64,000 bases of DNA, taken from assembly GCA_949297765.1 (NCBI GenBank), contig CASFTV010000005.1:2144-66143 (forward strand), written 5' to 3'. The translations under genes and the position numbers were made by a program. Below the pieces are notes generated by a model. That model saw nothing but the letters and a program-made list of their open reading frames with translations. It was not told the DNA's origin and ran no database searches. The first letter of the stretch is position 1. Each line of letters opens with the position of its first letter. This document shows positions 37,365-47,144 of the stretch, piece by piece. Origin of the DNA: an uncultured bacterium. Its GTDB lineage: Bacteria > Verrucomicrobiota > Lentisphaeria > Victivallales > UBA1829.

Positions 37365-38840
37365 CTAGACGTTGTAAGCTGTTGATGTTGCGGAGCCGCC
37401 GAGGCCGTTCCAGTCGGTATGAAAGAACTCGCCTTCCGGGCGGTCCGTGCGTTCGTAGGTGTGTGCGCCGAAGAAGTCTCTCTGCGCCTGAATCAGAGCT
37501 GCGGGAAGCCGGGCGGTCCGGTAGGAGTCGAAATACGCCAGAGCACTGGAAAAAGCCGGAACGGGGATCGCATAGATGACAGCATCTGCAATCGCGCAGC
37601 GCCAGCTCTGTTCGGTTCTCTGCAGTTCCGCGCGGAAGAAGGGATCCGTCATCAGATTTTCCGGGGAACGGCCGTCGGCATAGGCCCGGCGGATATCGTC
37701 CAGGAACTTTGCCCGGATGATGCAGCCGCCGCGCCAGATGGCGGCGATCGAACCAGGATCCAGATTCCATCCGTATTCCCGGGACGCAGTCTTCATCAGC
37801 TGGAATCCCTGGGCATACGCGCAGATCTTCGATGCATACAGGGCCTCCTCCGCGTATTTGACCAGAGCTTTCCGATGCTCTTCCCGGAAGAGGGGATTGA
37901 TCTCCCTGCGTTCGGGAAAGAGTTCCGACGCCCGCATCCGTTCGCCTTTCAGCGCGGACATCGACCGTGCGAAGACCGCCTCCGCAATGGTTGTCGCAGG
38001 AGCGCCCAGAGAGAGCGCTGTTTCCGCGGTCCATTTTCCGGTGCCCTTCTGTCCGGCGCGGTCGAGGATCACATCCACCATCGGACGGCCGGTTTCGGGA
38101 TCGGCGGTTTCCAGAATCTGCGCGGTGATTTCGATCAGATAGCTCTCCAGCGGCCCGCTGTTCCAGGTGCGGAAGATTTCTGCCAGTTCGCTCAGCGGGT
38201 AATCATGCAGACCGCGCAGAAGGGCATAGGCTTCCGCGATCAGCTGCATATCGGAGTATTCGATTCCATTGTGAACCATTTTGACAAAGTGTCCGGCGCC
38301 GCCGGGGCCGATCCATTCGCAGCAGGGGGAGCCGTCCGGGGCGCGTGCGGCGATCTTCCGGAAGACCGGCTGAATCAGCGGCCAGGCGTCCCGGTTTCCG
38401 CCGGGCATGAGCGACGGTCCGTGCAAAGCCCCCTCCTCTCCGCCGGAGACTCCGGATCCCACAAACAGGATCCCCTGTTCCCCGAGGGTTTTCACTCTCC
38501 GTTCGGTATCGGCATACCAGGAGTTTCCGCCGTCCACGATCACGTCGCCGGGCTGGAGATGGGGCAGGAGCTGTTCCACGACGGCATCGACCGCCGGACC
38601 GGCCTTGACCATCAGCAGGATCTTCCGGGGAGTCTGAAGCAGGGAACAGAAATCCGCAATGGACTCCGAAGGCAGGATGTTTTTTCCGCGCGCACGGTCC
38701 TTCAGAAAGGAATCGACCCGCTCCCTGCTCCGGTTGAACACCGCAACGCGGAACCCTTTCGACTCCATGTTCAGAACAAGATTTTCCCCCATGACGGCCA
38801 GTCCGATCACGCCGATATCCGCTTTTCTCTGTTCCGACAT
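37365..38840 (-). CDS. gnd: 6-phosphogluconate dehydrogenase, decarboxylating
   Basis: IGVIGLAVMGENLVLNMESKGF, GGNSWY and GAGHFVKMVHNGIEY. GGAGG lies upstream of the ATG. Confidence 0.95.
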   Translation of the reverse strand: MSEQRKADIGVIGLAVMGENLVLNMESKGFRVAVFNRSRERVDSFLKDRARGKNILPSESIADFCSLLQTPRKILLMVKAGPAVDAVVEQLLPHLQPGDVIVDGGNSWYADTERRVKTLGEQGILFVGSGVSGGEEGALHGPSLMPGGNRDAWPLIQPVFRKIAARAPDGSPCCEWIGPGGAGHFVKMVHNGIEYSDMQLIAEAYALLRGLHDYPLSELAEIFRTWNSGPLESYLIEITAQILETADPETGRPMVDVILDRAGQKGTGKWTAETALSLGAPATTIAEAVFARSMSALKGERMRASELFPERREINPLFREEHRKALVKYAEEALYASKICAYAQGFQLMKTASREYGWNLDPGSIAAIWRGGCIIRAKFLDDIRRAYADGRSPENLMTDPFFRAELQRTEQSWRCAIADAVIYAIPVPAFSSALAYFDSYRTARLPAALIQAQRDFFGAHTYERTDRPEGEFFHTDWNGLGGSATSTAYNV

Positions 38841-38875
38841 TTCGCTTCACCCTCCGGTTCCGTTTGTTTTGAGAC

Positions 38876-38904
38876 AATATAGCATCACAACGCCAGAATG
38901 CGAA
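38876..38904 (-). promoter_or_regulatory. Candidate sigma70 promoter with extended -10 for gnd
   Basis: On the minus strand: TTCGCA (38904-38899), 17-nt spacer, TGcTATATT (-10 at 38881-38876), about 36 nt upstream of the ATG at 38840. Confidence 0.4.
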
Positions 38905-38976
38905 CGCCATTCCGGAATTTTATTGATGCGTTTCCTTCTCCCGGGATTCCGCAGAACGGCGGCCGGCGGTTCCGGT

Positions 38977-39966
38977 TCAGAAACTCAGCCATTCGAGGAA
39001 TGTGACATTGTTCCGCTGGGGACCGGAGATGGCGAAGGCGGGAAACGTGAAAATCAGACGGCGGGAAGGACGTTTCTCCTTTGCATCCGCGGAGATCCGG
39101 ATTGTGTAGGTTCCGCTCTCCTGCCAGGAAAGCTGACTCAGACCGCCGAAGACGAGAGGATCCAGCTGATCTGTGAGCAGCGTGCGTTCCCGGAACCAGA
39201 TGTCACGCGCCTTGACGATCTCTTCGACATCCTCTTCCTCCAGATTGCAGAATCGCTGGATGATCAGGGGCGGAGCCGTGAAGAAATCGGGATTCCCCTC
39301 CGGCGCTCCGAAAAGGCGGACCAGGGAAAGACGGCCGTCGGCATCCGGCGGAAACAGATCGGTAAAGCCTTTGATGTAGAAGAACTCCTCGCGGAAGAGG
39401 ATGGCATTGTTCCGGGGGAGAGGAGAGCGGCCTTCGCTTTCATAATCCTCCCGTTCCATTCCGTTGAGGGAGAGGGTGTCGTCGGAATCCCGGTAGTCGG
39501 AGATGAGGTCGATAAGTTCGTCGATCCGGTCGGAGTATTCGGAATCGGCATCCAGGGGATCGACCATGTTGCGGAGCTGGTTGCTGAAATCCGCGCCGCT
39601 GAGATCCAGGCCGGACCGGGCGTCGGTGATGGTGAATTTGAGTTTGGTTCCGTAGTAGTCGAGTTCATGAATGACGCCGTCGGCAAGATAGCGGTCATGC
39701 GTGTATTCGGAGTAGTCGGTGTAGCCGGGATCGCGGGCGGAGAACAGATAGCGGTCGGCGGCGATCAGCCATTGAATCCGGTTCGACGCCCCTTCGTTGA
39801 TGTAGGCGGAACGCTGAAGTTCCACATGGGAGTAGACATCAAACGTGGCCGTGCGCGAAAGCATCAGAGCGGCGGAGGTCAGCATGCCGGCGGTAAACAG
39901 AAGGCAGAGAACTGCGATCAGCGCGGAACCGGATTCGGATTTGTTTCGGCGGATTCGTTCTCTCAT
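38977..39966 (-). CDS. gspK: Type II secretion minor pseudopilin GspK-like
   Basis: MRERIRRNKSESGSALIAVLCLLFTAGML is a pseudopilin-like hydrophobic N-terminus without Glu+5. About 329 aa, last gene of the G-H-I-J-K series. The start is set at the internal ATG 39966; the ORF extends to 40050. Confidence 0.6.
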   Translation of the reverse strand: MRERIRRNKSESGSALIAVLCLLFTAGMLTSAALMLSRTATFDVYSHVELQRSAYINEGASNRIQWLIAADRYLFSARDPGYTDYSEYTHDRYLADGVIHELDYYGTKLKFTITDARSGLDLSGADFSNQLRNMVDPLDADSEYSDRIDELIDLISDYRDSDDTLSLNGMEREDYESEGRSPLPRNNAILFREEFFYIKGFTDLFPPDADGRLSLVRLFGAPEGNPDFFTAPPLIIQRFCNLEEEDVEEIVKARDIWFRERTLLTDQLDPLVFGGLSQLSWQESGTYTIRISADAKEKRPSRRLIFTFPAFAISGPQRNNVTFLEWLSF

Positions 39967-39974
39967 GGAAGACC

Positions 39975-40673
39975 TCACGGCACATACTGGGTGTTTTTGG
40001 CGGTTCCGGCGCTGCGGCGGAGCCAGACTTCGGTCGTTCCGTCCATCCATTCGAGAGTCATTTGAACGGCGGCGGGAATATCAAACGTCCGGGCGTTGGC
40101 AGCGGAGGCGGATGTGGAGATGCGGAGGGTGTCCTGCTGAAGAGTGTCGTCATCCTCGTCGTCCCAGGAGTCGTCCCATTCGAGCTCGCCGTTGACTTCG
40201 TCCGCATAGAGGAAGCTGAGCGATTTAATGTTCCGGGCGATGACTTCGCGGGTGAACGGGAGGTCATCGCTCTCCTCCAGCCAGTGCGGACGGGGATAGG
40301 GGGAATACTCCGCGATCAGGGAGTTCTCCTCCAGACGCAGACGCACAAAGATCAGTGCGCCGTGATCGCCGCGATAACTCCGCCGGAGTGCGGTAAACCG
40401 CATTTCGTCAGGCTCTCCCTGAAAAATGACGCGGTTCTTCTGCTGGTCCTCGTCGCGCCATTCGAACGGGATCATCGCCTTGACGCAGGAGTCCATGACG
40501 CGGTCGATCGCCAGACGCTCCTTCAGCGCGTCCGAGTGGCGGACCGAACGGCGCCAGCCGTTGTAGAACGTCATGGACGCCGTCGCAATGATCAGCGCGA
40601 TAAACACCATGATCGCCATTGCCGCGACCATTTCGATCAGCGTAAACTTATTCTCCTGCCGCGGTCGATTCAT
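39975..40673 (-). CDS. gspJ: Type II secretion minor pseudopilin GspJ-like
   Basis: Prepilin motif KFTLIEMVAAMAIMVFIALI; 232 aa; position between the I-like and K-like genes. Confidence 0.6.
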   Translation of the reverse strand: MNRPRQENKFTLIEMVAAMAIMVFIALIIATASMTFYNGWRRSVRHSDALKERLAIDRVMDSCVKAMIPFEWRDEDQQKNRVIFQGEPDEMRFTALRRSYRGDHGALIFVRLRLEENSLIAEYSPYPRPHWLEESDDLPFTREVIARNIKSLSFLYADEVNGELEWDDSWDDEDDDTLQQDTLRISTSASAANARTFDIPAAVQMTLEWMDGTTEVWLRRSAGTAKNTQYVP

Positions 40674-41052
40674 AGCTGATCCTGTCGATGATGAGTTTGT
40701 CCAGCACTTTTCCGTCCTTCCGGAGTTCGATGACGAGCCGTTTCAGCGGGAGCTGGTTATCCAGGTTGTTGTATTCGTCGGGCAGACCTTCGGCGTCCTC
40801 GTAGTACGCGACCGCCTGATAGGCCGGATAGGGGAAGAACCGTTCCGGGATTCCGCCGGGGTCCTCGTTCTGAAGCATGAAATACTCCGCCGCCTGAGTC
40901 AGCATGTGCATGCGGGTCCAGCGGTCGACACTTTCGGCGATCCGTTTCTGCGACCCCATCATCAGCTGGAGGAATCCGGCGAGGCCGATGGAGAGGATCG
41001 CAAGAGAAACCACGACCTCCAGCAGCGTAAAACAGCGATGAATTTTTCTCAC
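40648..41052 (-). CDS. gspI: Type II secretion minor pseudopilin GspI-like
   Basis: Prepilin motif CFTLLEVVVSLAILSIGLAG; 134 aa. Confidence 0.6.
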   Translation of the reverse strand: MRKIHRCFTLLEVVVSLAILSIGLAGFLQLMMGSQKRIAESVDRWTRMHMLTQAAEYFMLQNEDPGGIPERFFPYPAYQAVAYYEDAEGLPDEYNNLDNQLPLKRLVIELRKDGKVLDKLIIDRISYESTAAGE

Positions 41053-41582
41053 AGGGCCTCCTCCGTTTCATCCCGCGCCGTGAGACGGCCGGTCAGCGGG
41101 GAGATCTCGAAGATCCGTTTCAGTGTCCGGTAATGCAGTTCAAAGCGGCGGTTTCCGGATGCGCCTCCGTCGGGAAAGAAGCGGAACAGCTCCACCGTTC
41201 CCTCCTCATCCAGATCCGTCTCTTCGAACAGACCCTCTCCGAGTTCGAATTGTTCCGGGAGGATCCATTCCTGCACGACACGTTTTTCCCGGGAGTCCGT
41301 TTCCCCGGTCTCTTCGGCGGGATCGGTTTCCGGCTCGAATCCGGCGGGAATGCGCATGAAGAAGCGTTTTTCCTCCGGATGGAAGGCGACGATGCGGTCG
41401 GCACCGTTTTCCAGCGCCTGAAAACGGACCCGCATGCAGAACTCTTCAAACTGGAGACCTGCGCGGGCCAGCTTCTGAACGGGAGACTCCGTCCGGAGCG
41501 TGGAGACGGCTAGTCCCGTGGCGAGGGCGATAATCGCGATCGCCGCAACGAGTTCCAGCAGCGTGAATCCGCATTTCCGCAT
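41049..41582 (-). CDS. gspH: Type II secretion minor pseudopilin GspH-like
   Basis: Prepilin motif GFTLLELVAAIAIIALATGLAV; 177 aa. Confidence 0.6.
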   Translation of the reverse strand: MRKCGFTLLELVAAIAIIALATGLAVSTLRTESPVQKLARAGLQFEEFCMRVRFQALENGADRIVAFHPEEKRFFMRIPAGFEPETDPAEETGETDSREKRVVQEWILPEQFELGEGLFEETDLDEEGTVELFRFFPDGGASGNRRFELHYRTLKRIFEISPLTGRLTARDETEEAL

Positions 41583-41593
41583 GATGATCCGTT

Positions 41594-42025
41594 TTATTCG
41601 CCCCAGTTGGTGATGTCGGCGTTTTCGCCGGTTCCGCCGGGCTGTCCGTCGGCGCCGTAGCTCATGAGGTCGTATTCACGGTGTTCGCCGGGGAAAAGAT
41701 AGATGTAGTCGTTGCCCCAGGGATCCTTCGGAACGGCGGGCTGGATATAGGGGCCGTTCCATTTGGCGTTCTGATCGACGTTTTCGACAAGGGCGCGGAG
41801 TCCGACCGTGCTGTCGGGATAGGTGCCGAGGTCGAGACGGTATCCGGTCAGCGCGTCGTCCAGAAGACGGATCTGCGTCTTCGCCGCTCCCACGTTCGCC
41901 TTCTTCACATAGTTCAGATAGAGCGGCGTCGCGATGGATGCGAGCGTCACGAGGATGATGATCACCACCACGACTTCGATCAGGGTGAACCCTGATTTTC
42001 TCAGTTGTCTTCTTGTTTTCTTCAT
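41594..42025 (-). CDS. gspG: Type II secretion major pseudopilin GspG
   Basis: MKKTRRQLRKSGFTLIEVVVVIIILVTLASIATP plus the GspG signatures WNGPYI, PKDPWGNDYIY and SYGADGQPGG. The ATG at 42025 overlaps the gspF stop (ATGA) and GGGAGGA lies upstream. The longer ORF to 42442 is rejected. Confidence 0.9.
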   Translation of the reverse strand: MKKTRRQLRKSGFTLIEVVVVIIILVTLASIATPLYLNYVKKANVGAAKTQIRLLDDALTGYRLDLGTYPDSTVGLRALVENVDQNAKWNGPYIQPAVPKDPWGNDYIYLFPGEHREYDLMSYGADGQPGGTGENADITNWGE

Positions 42026-43239
42026 AATTTGGGTCCTCCCTGATTGATTGAGTTGATTTCCATCATAGCCACAAAAATTGAGACGACCACCACCAGCACC
42101 ACGCCGGCCAGGAACACGATCACAGCCGGTTCGAAAAGGCTCAGCAGCCGTTTGATTTTCATCCGGGTGTCGTTTTCGAGATGTCCGGCGATGCGGGAGA
42201 GCATTTCCCCCACGGTCCCGGACTCCTCGCCGACCCTCAGCATCGGCACCATTCCCGGCGGGACATACGGATTGTCCGCCAGAGCCGCGGAGAGTTTCGC
42301 TCCTCCCTTGAGCTTGCGTGCGATATCGGCAAACGCCTTCCAGATGACCGGATTGCGGATGATCCGTCCGGAGATCCGCACCGTGCGGATGATCTCCACA
42401 TGATTTGCGATCAGGATGGAGAGCGTCCGGATGTATTTGCACATCTCAAGATCCACGGAAATGCGGCCGAACAGCGGAAGCGCAAGAAGACAGCGCGCCT
42501 GCAGCTCCCGCAGACGTTCCTCTCCAAGCAGATGGCGGGTCAGGAACCATCCGCCGACCGCCAGAAGAGGAATCAGCCACCACGCCCACGAGGCAAAGGA
42601 GCTCATGGTCATCAGGAAGGTCATGGAGGGGGGCATTTCGCGTCCCATGTCGATGAAAATCTTCGCGAAGCGCGGCACGAACACCGTGAACAGCAGCACC
42701 GTCACCAGCAGCGTCACTCCGAGAATGGCAAGCGGATAGATCGAACTGGAAACGATGAAATCCTTCAGCTCCTTGCTCTCCCCCATGAAGCGGTAGAGCT
42801 GTTTCACCACCTCCGGCAGACAGCCGGTCTCCTCTCCGCTCTCGATCAGATTCGCGTAGTAGTCGGGAAAGAGCGAACCGTGCGACCGCACCAGAGCGGA
42901 AAATTTCTTTCCTTCATGCAGTCCCTGGCGGAGCGAATTGACAAAGTTGCGCTGTTCCGCCTCCACGGCGCCTTCGGCGATGATCGCCAGCGCCCGCTCC
43001 AGCGGAATGAACGAATCCAGCAGCGGGGCGAGCTGCCGGGTGAAATCGTAGGTGTTGATCCGGCTTCTGCGGAAGGAGAAACCGCGCGAGGAACCGACCG
43101 TCACCTCTCCGAAAAAACGGACCGGCACCAGACGGCGGCTGCGAAGTTTGTCCAGCGCCTCTTTCGGGCTGTCGGATTCGATCAGCATTTCATGCGGCTC
43201 CTCCCGGGGCGCCGCCGCCAGATATTTGTACAGGCCCAT
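42022..43239 (-). CDS. gspF: Type II secretion system inner-membrane platform protein GspF
   Basis: 405 aa with the duplicated T2SS-F domain, three TM segments, and motifs such as LPEVVKQLYRF and MLRVGEESGTVGEML. Confidence 0.9.
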   Translation of the reverse strand: MGLYKYLAAAPREEPHEMLIESDSPKEALDKLRSRRLVPVRFFGEVTVGSSRGFSFRRSRINTYDFTRQLAPLLDSFIPLERALAIIAEGAVEAEQRNFVNSLRQGLHEGKKFSALVRSHGSLFPDYYANLIESGEETGCLPEVVKQLYRFMGESKELKDFIVSSSIYPLAILGVTLLVTVLLFTVFVPRFAKIFIDMGREMPPSMTFLMTMSSFASWAWWLIPLLAVGGWFLTRHLLGEERLRELQARCLLALPLFGRISVDLEMCKYIRTLSILIANHVEIIRTVRISGRIIRNPVIWKAFADIARKLKGGAKLSAALADNPYVPPGMVPMLRVGEESGTVGEMLSRIAGHLENDTRMKIKRLLSLFEPAVIVFLAGVVLVVVVSIFVAMMEINSINQGGPKL

Positions 43240-43251
43240 TTCCGGAACTCC

Positions 43252-44841
43252 TTACAATTCCGCGGTGGAGCGGGAAAGCTCTTCGCGGGTGGTGATCCCG
43301 GCCGCGACTTTCGCTTCGCCGTCCTGCAGCAGAGTGACCATTCCGTGACGCACGGCGATCTCCTCCAGTTCGGAGCTGGAGGCATTGCGGTTGACGGCGG
43401 CACGGAGTTCGTCGTCCATGAAGAGGAGTTCGAAGATTCCCGAACGTCCTTTGAATCCGGCGCCGGCGCACCGTCGGCACTTTCCGCCGGAGCGGTCGGT
43501 CCCGGAACCGCCGCAGGCGGTGCAGATCTTGCGGACGAGCCGCTGGGAGAGCACACCGTACAGCGCGGAGGAGACCAGGAAGTTTTCCACTCCCATATCC
43601 AGCAGACGTGTCACGGCGCCGACCGCATCGTTGGTGTGAAGAGTGCTGAGCACAAGATGTCCGGTGAGAGCGGCGTTGATGGCGATGTCGGCCGTTTCGC
43701 GGTCGCGGATTTCGCCGACGAGAATGATATCGGGGTCCTGCCGCACGATGCTGCGGAGTCCAGCCGCAAAAGTGACGCCGATCTTCGGATTGACCTGCAT
43801 CTGGCAGAGTCCGTGCATTTTATATTCGACCGGGTCTTCAACGGTGATGATCTTCTTCCGGGAGTCGTTCAGCTGGCTGATGACGCTGTAAAGGGTGGTG
43901 GTCTTTCCGCTTCCGGTCGGGCCGACCACCAGAATGATTCCGTGCGGAATGGAGATCAGTTTCTGGAACTGTTCCAGATGCTTTGCCGACATCCCAAGCG
44001 TCCGCAGATCGAACGTGATCGACTCCTGATTCAGCAGACGGAGCACGATGCTTTCACCGGTCAGAATCGGGATGGTGCTGATTCGCATGTCCAGTTCCAT
44101 GCGTCCGAGCTGGACATTGGTGCGTCCGTCCTGAGGCAGACGGCTTTCCGCGATATTGAGTCCGCCGAGAAGTTTGATTCGCGACGCGATCGCGGGAAAC
44201 TGATTCAGCGGTGTGCTGATGATCTCCGTCAGGACGCCGTCCACCCGGCAGCGGACGGCCACCCGTTCCTCGCCGGGTTCGATGTGAATATCGCTGGCGC
44301 CGAGTTCGATCGCCTGAGTGAAGATGTCGTTGACCAGCCGGACGATCCGCGCTTCGCCCGCCATGGTGCGGAGGGTGTTTTCATCTTCCACGTCGAGAGA
44401 ATCGGCGGAATCCTCGTCCTCGGAACTCTGGAGTTTGCTGAGCAGCCGTTCCAGAAACGCCCGGCGGACAAATCGGAACGAGCTTCCCCTTCCCCATGTC
44501 TTGCGCACGAGGAAGGAGAGCTGATTCAGGTGGTAGGGTTCACAGACCAGAAATGTGATCGTATCATCATCCCACTCGTAGGGGAGAGCGGCATTGGCGT
44601 TGAAGAATTCAGGAGAAGCGCCGGGATACGGTTCCGGCTGATGCAGTTCGTCCTCTTCGGGGACGGGGACATCCCATGCGCGGGAGTAGAGTGCGATCAG
44701 ATCGGACTCCGAGGCTTTTCCGCTCTGAAGAAGGGCGCGGTCGGACTCCGGAGAGGGCTTTCCGGCGTCGGGAAACCGTTCCGCATAGAGATGTTCGAGC
44801 GTTTTCAGAGGACTCTTTGCGATGGAATCAGAAGAGGCCAT
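43252..44841 (-). CDS. gspE: Type II secretion ATPase GspE
   Basis: Walker A GPTGSGKTTTLYS; Walker B/Asp box IILVGEIRD; His box TGHLVLSTLHTNDA; tetracysteine CTAC...CRRC. Confidence 0.95.
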   Translation of the reverse strand: MASSDSIAKSPLKTLEHLYAERFPDAGKPSPESDRALLQSGKASESDLIALYSRAWDVPVPEEDELHQPEPYPGASPEFFNANAALPYEWDDDTITFLVCEPYHLNQLSFLVRKTWGRGSSFRFVRRAFLERLLSKLQSSEDEDSADSLDVEDENTLRTMAGEARIVRLVNDIFTQAIELGASDIHIEPGEERVAVRCRVDGVLTEIISTPLNQFPAIASRIKLLGGLNIAESRLPQDGRTNVQLGRMELDMRISTIPILTGESIVLRLLNQESITFDLRTLGMSAKHLEQFQKLISIPHGIILVVGPTGSGKTTTLYSVISQLNDSRKKIITVEDPVEYKMHGLCQMQVNPKIGVTFAAGLRSIVRQDPDIILVGEIRDRETADIAINAALTGHLVLSTLHTNDAVGAVTRLLDMGVENFLVSSALYGVLSQRLVRKICTACGGSGTDRSGGKCRRCAGAGFKGRSGIFELLFMDDELRAAVNRNASSSELEEIAVRHGMVTLLQDGEAKVAAGITTREELSRSTAEL

Positions 44842-47119
44842 TGCTCCAGAACTCCTTGGTTGTCATGACCCGCGGCTTGGATTCAAACTTGTTCTGTTTT
44901 CCGCCGAGAGTCGCGTCGAAATCGTTGAGGGATTTGAGAGCGTCGTTGTAGCGGTCAATCAGCTCTTCGACCTTGCTGCGTTCATTGATGATGTAGCCGG
45001 TAATCATGACGAGCAGTTCCGTGCGTTCGACGGAGGCCTCCGTCGAGCCGAACAGACGGTTCAGGATCGGAATCTGGTTGATGATGGGAACGGACTGGAG
45101 ATCGTCGTTTTTCTTCTCCTGAATGAGTCCGCCGATAATCATGCTCCGTCCGTTTGCGATGGTCATGGAGGTTTTGACTTCGCGCTGGGTGATCTCGGGC
45201 GAGTCGATGTTGCTGGAGGTGTTGGTGACTGCCGCGGAGAGGGTCTGGGTGACATCAAGGGAGATCAGGTCGGTGCTGGTGATCTGCGGCGTGACCGTGA
45301 GAATCACACCGACATCCTCCTGACTGTAGTTCTGCACGATATCCCCGCTGGACGAGGAGTTCGTAATGCCCTGTGTGAGAATCGGAATGCGGCTGCCGAC
45401 TGAAATGGTCGCCTCGGTGTGACTGGAGACCAGCAGCTGCGGACTGGAAACCACCTTGACCGCATTGTTGCCGGCAAGAGCGCGGATGTAGCCGAACTTC
45501 TGCTCCGGATTGTTCGGATTGCTGAGCAGGAAGGAGAAGCCGGGCTGTTTGCCTTCGCCGTTGAAATCCGGCTGAAGATTTTCGTAGTTGGTTCCGAGCA
45601 GGGAGTTTACATGGCCGTCGCCGCCCTTTGCGGAAAATTCGATTCCGAAGCGGGTGGATTCGGTCAGCGTGACCTCCACGACAAGCACCTGGAGAAGCAC
45701 CTGTGCGGGAACCACATCCAGCTTGTTGATCAGCGCCTTGATCGACGCATAGGTCCGCGGGGTTGTGCGGATCACAAGACGGTTCAGGACGCCGTCCGCA
45801 AAGATGCGGACCGGGGTGTTGAACACGCTGGAATTGACATCGGTCTGCGTCGCCTCTGTTGTGTTTCCGGCGTTGTTGTTCTGATTGTTCTGCGCTGTCC
45901 GGTTCCGCGAGGTGATGGTGGAATTGATCGTTTCGGTTTTGGTGTTTCCGGTGGTGGTGTCGATGGTCATGCTGGCGCCCTGGGTGTCGTAGATGATGGA
46001 GAGCGCCTGCGCAAGCTGGGCGGCTTTGTTGTGACGGATTTTATACACGAAAACCCGTTCCTGGTCGATGGAGTCGGAGCTGTCGAGCAGATCGACCCAC
46101 TGGACGATTTCCTGAATGGCCTCGTCTGTGGCGGCGGAGATGACCAGAAGCTGGAGACGGTCGACGCCGATCAGCTGAATGGATCCCGGCTGTTCGGTTT
46201 TATCGGTTGTCTGGAGAACGTAAAATCCGAGCACGGGCAGAACGGTTTTCAGCTCCTCGGTGAGTTTCGAGGGCAGAATGTTCGCGCATTTGACGACCTT
46301 GCGTTTCCATGCGCTTTTCCCGCTCATGTCGATGACGTCGAGCAGCTGTTTGATTTTCGGCATGTTGGCGCGGTCGTCGGCGATCATGACGGCGTTGGGA
46401 CGGGTCAGGTCCACGCACACGGCATCCTTCCCGAGGAACGGCTTGAGCTGGGCAACCACATCTTTCGCCGTGGTGTTTTTCAGCGGATAGTAGAACAGTT
46501 CGCCGGCTCCGTCCCGGGAGAGACGGGAATCCGCCTGAGCCGCGAGTTTGCCGAGGGCGACGATCCGGAGCAGCGTACCGTCCACCGTCACGCCTGCACC
46601 GGCGAGATTCAGCATTTTGTCGAAGGTGTTCCAGAGTTCCCGCCGTGTCATTTTCTGATCGATGTTCAGCGTCACGACGCCCTTCAGGTCGCTGTCTGCG
46701 AGGAAGTTGAATCCGAGGGCGTCCGCGAAGGAGGGAATCACGTCCAGCAGCGGCGCGCTGTTGAAGACCAGATTGACCGTGATCTCCTCATCCCCGTTGA
46801 GCATGATGAAATCGTCGTAGAAATGGAGAGCCTCCTTCGGCTTTGCGGCGGGCGGCTGGAGAGCGGTACTCGGGATTTTTTCCATTTTTTTCCGGATATC
46901 GGCATTGTCCTTCGGCTTTTCGGGCAGGACCTGCTCGGCTTGAATGGATTCCTCCCGGGATGCGGAATCGCTTTTCTTTTTCGCCTCTTCGCTGCGGAGG
47001 AACGAGAAACGATCCTCTTTCTTGTCCTTGTTCTCCTCTTCGTCGAGAGAGGAGCAGGACGTCAGGAAGCAGAAAGCTGCGAGCGCCGCAACGGTTCTGA
47101 ACATGAGATACGGTTTCAT
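44828..47119 (-). CDS. gspD: Type II secretion secretin GspD
   Basis: Lipoprotein-like signal LTSCSS, N0-N3-like repeats, and secretin-domain segments VLLQVLVVEVTL, VVSSPQLLVSSHTEATISVGS and IIGGLIQEKKNDDLQSVPIINQIPILNRLFG. Confidence 0.9.
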   Translation of the reverse strand: MKPYLMFRTVAALAAFCFLTSCSSLDEEENKDKKEDRFSFLRSEEAKKKSDSASREESIQAEQVLPEKPKDNADIRKKMEKIPSTALQPPAAKPKEALHFYDDFIMLNGDEEITVNLVFNSAPLLDVIPSFADALGFNFLADSDLKGVVTLNIDQKMTRRELWNTFDKMLNLAGAGVTVDGTLLRIVALGKLAAQADSRLSRDGAGELFYYPLKNTTAKDVVAQLKPFLGKDAVCVDLTRPNAVMIADDRANMPKIKQLLDVIDMSGKSAWKRKVVKCANILPSKLTEELKTVLPVLGFYVLQTTDKTEQPGSIQLIGVDRLQLLVISAATDEAIQEIVQWVDLLDSSDSIDQERVFVYKIRHNKAAQLAQALSIIYDTQGASMTIDTTTGNTKTETINSTITSRNRTAQNNQNNNAGNTTEATQTDVNSSVFNTPVRIFADGVLNRLVIRTTPRTYASIKALINKLDVVPAQVLLQVLVVEVTLTESTRFGIEFSAKGGDGHVNSLLGTNYENLQPDFNGEGKQPGFSFLLSNPNNPEQKFGYIRALAGNNAVKVVSSPQLLVSSHTEATISVGSRIPILTQGITNSSSSGDIVQNYSQEDVGVILTVTPQITSTDLISLDVTQTLSAAVTNTSSNIDSPEITQREVKTSMTIANGRSMIIGGLIQEKKNDDLQSVPIINQIPILNRLFGSTEASVERTELLVMITGYIINERSKVEELIDRYNDALKSLNDFDATLGGKQNKFESKPRVMTTKEFWSNGLF

Positions 47120-47144
47120 GGAACGTCTGACCTTGTTGTTAGGG

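Noticed and set aside
42026-42442. N-terminal extension of the gspG ORF (282 aa in the track).
   Set aside because: The extension overlaps gspF in another frame and has no pilin-like features. The internal ATG at 42025 gives the canonical short basic leader before GFTLIE, has a GGGAGGA ribosome-binding site, and forms an ATGA overlap with the gspF stop.
42181-44868. 895-aa plus-strand ORF, the longest uncharacterised ORF in the track. Similar long ORFs are at 45419..47347, 3824..5260, 9211..10557, 10437..12074, 12265..13572, 24033..25484, 27170..28363, 29174..30688, 37419..38882, 52270..53406, 56504..58153, 59601..60947 and 62851..63969.
   Set aside because: Each lies antisense to a gene with unmistakable family motifs (e.g. 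GspE Walker A GPTGSGKTT, gnd, RlmN CxxxCxxC). The five pairs I checked modulo 3 also share the codon register of the opposite gene. Their translations are Arg/Gly/Pro/His-rich with no recognisable motifs. They are explained by avoidance of TTA/CTA/TCA codons on the sense strand.
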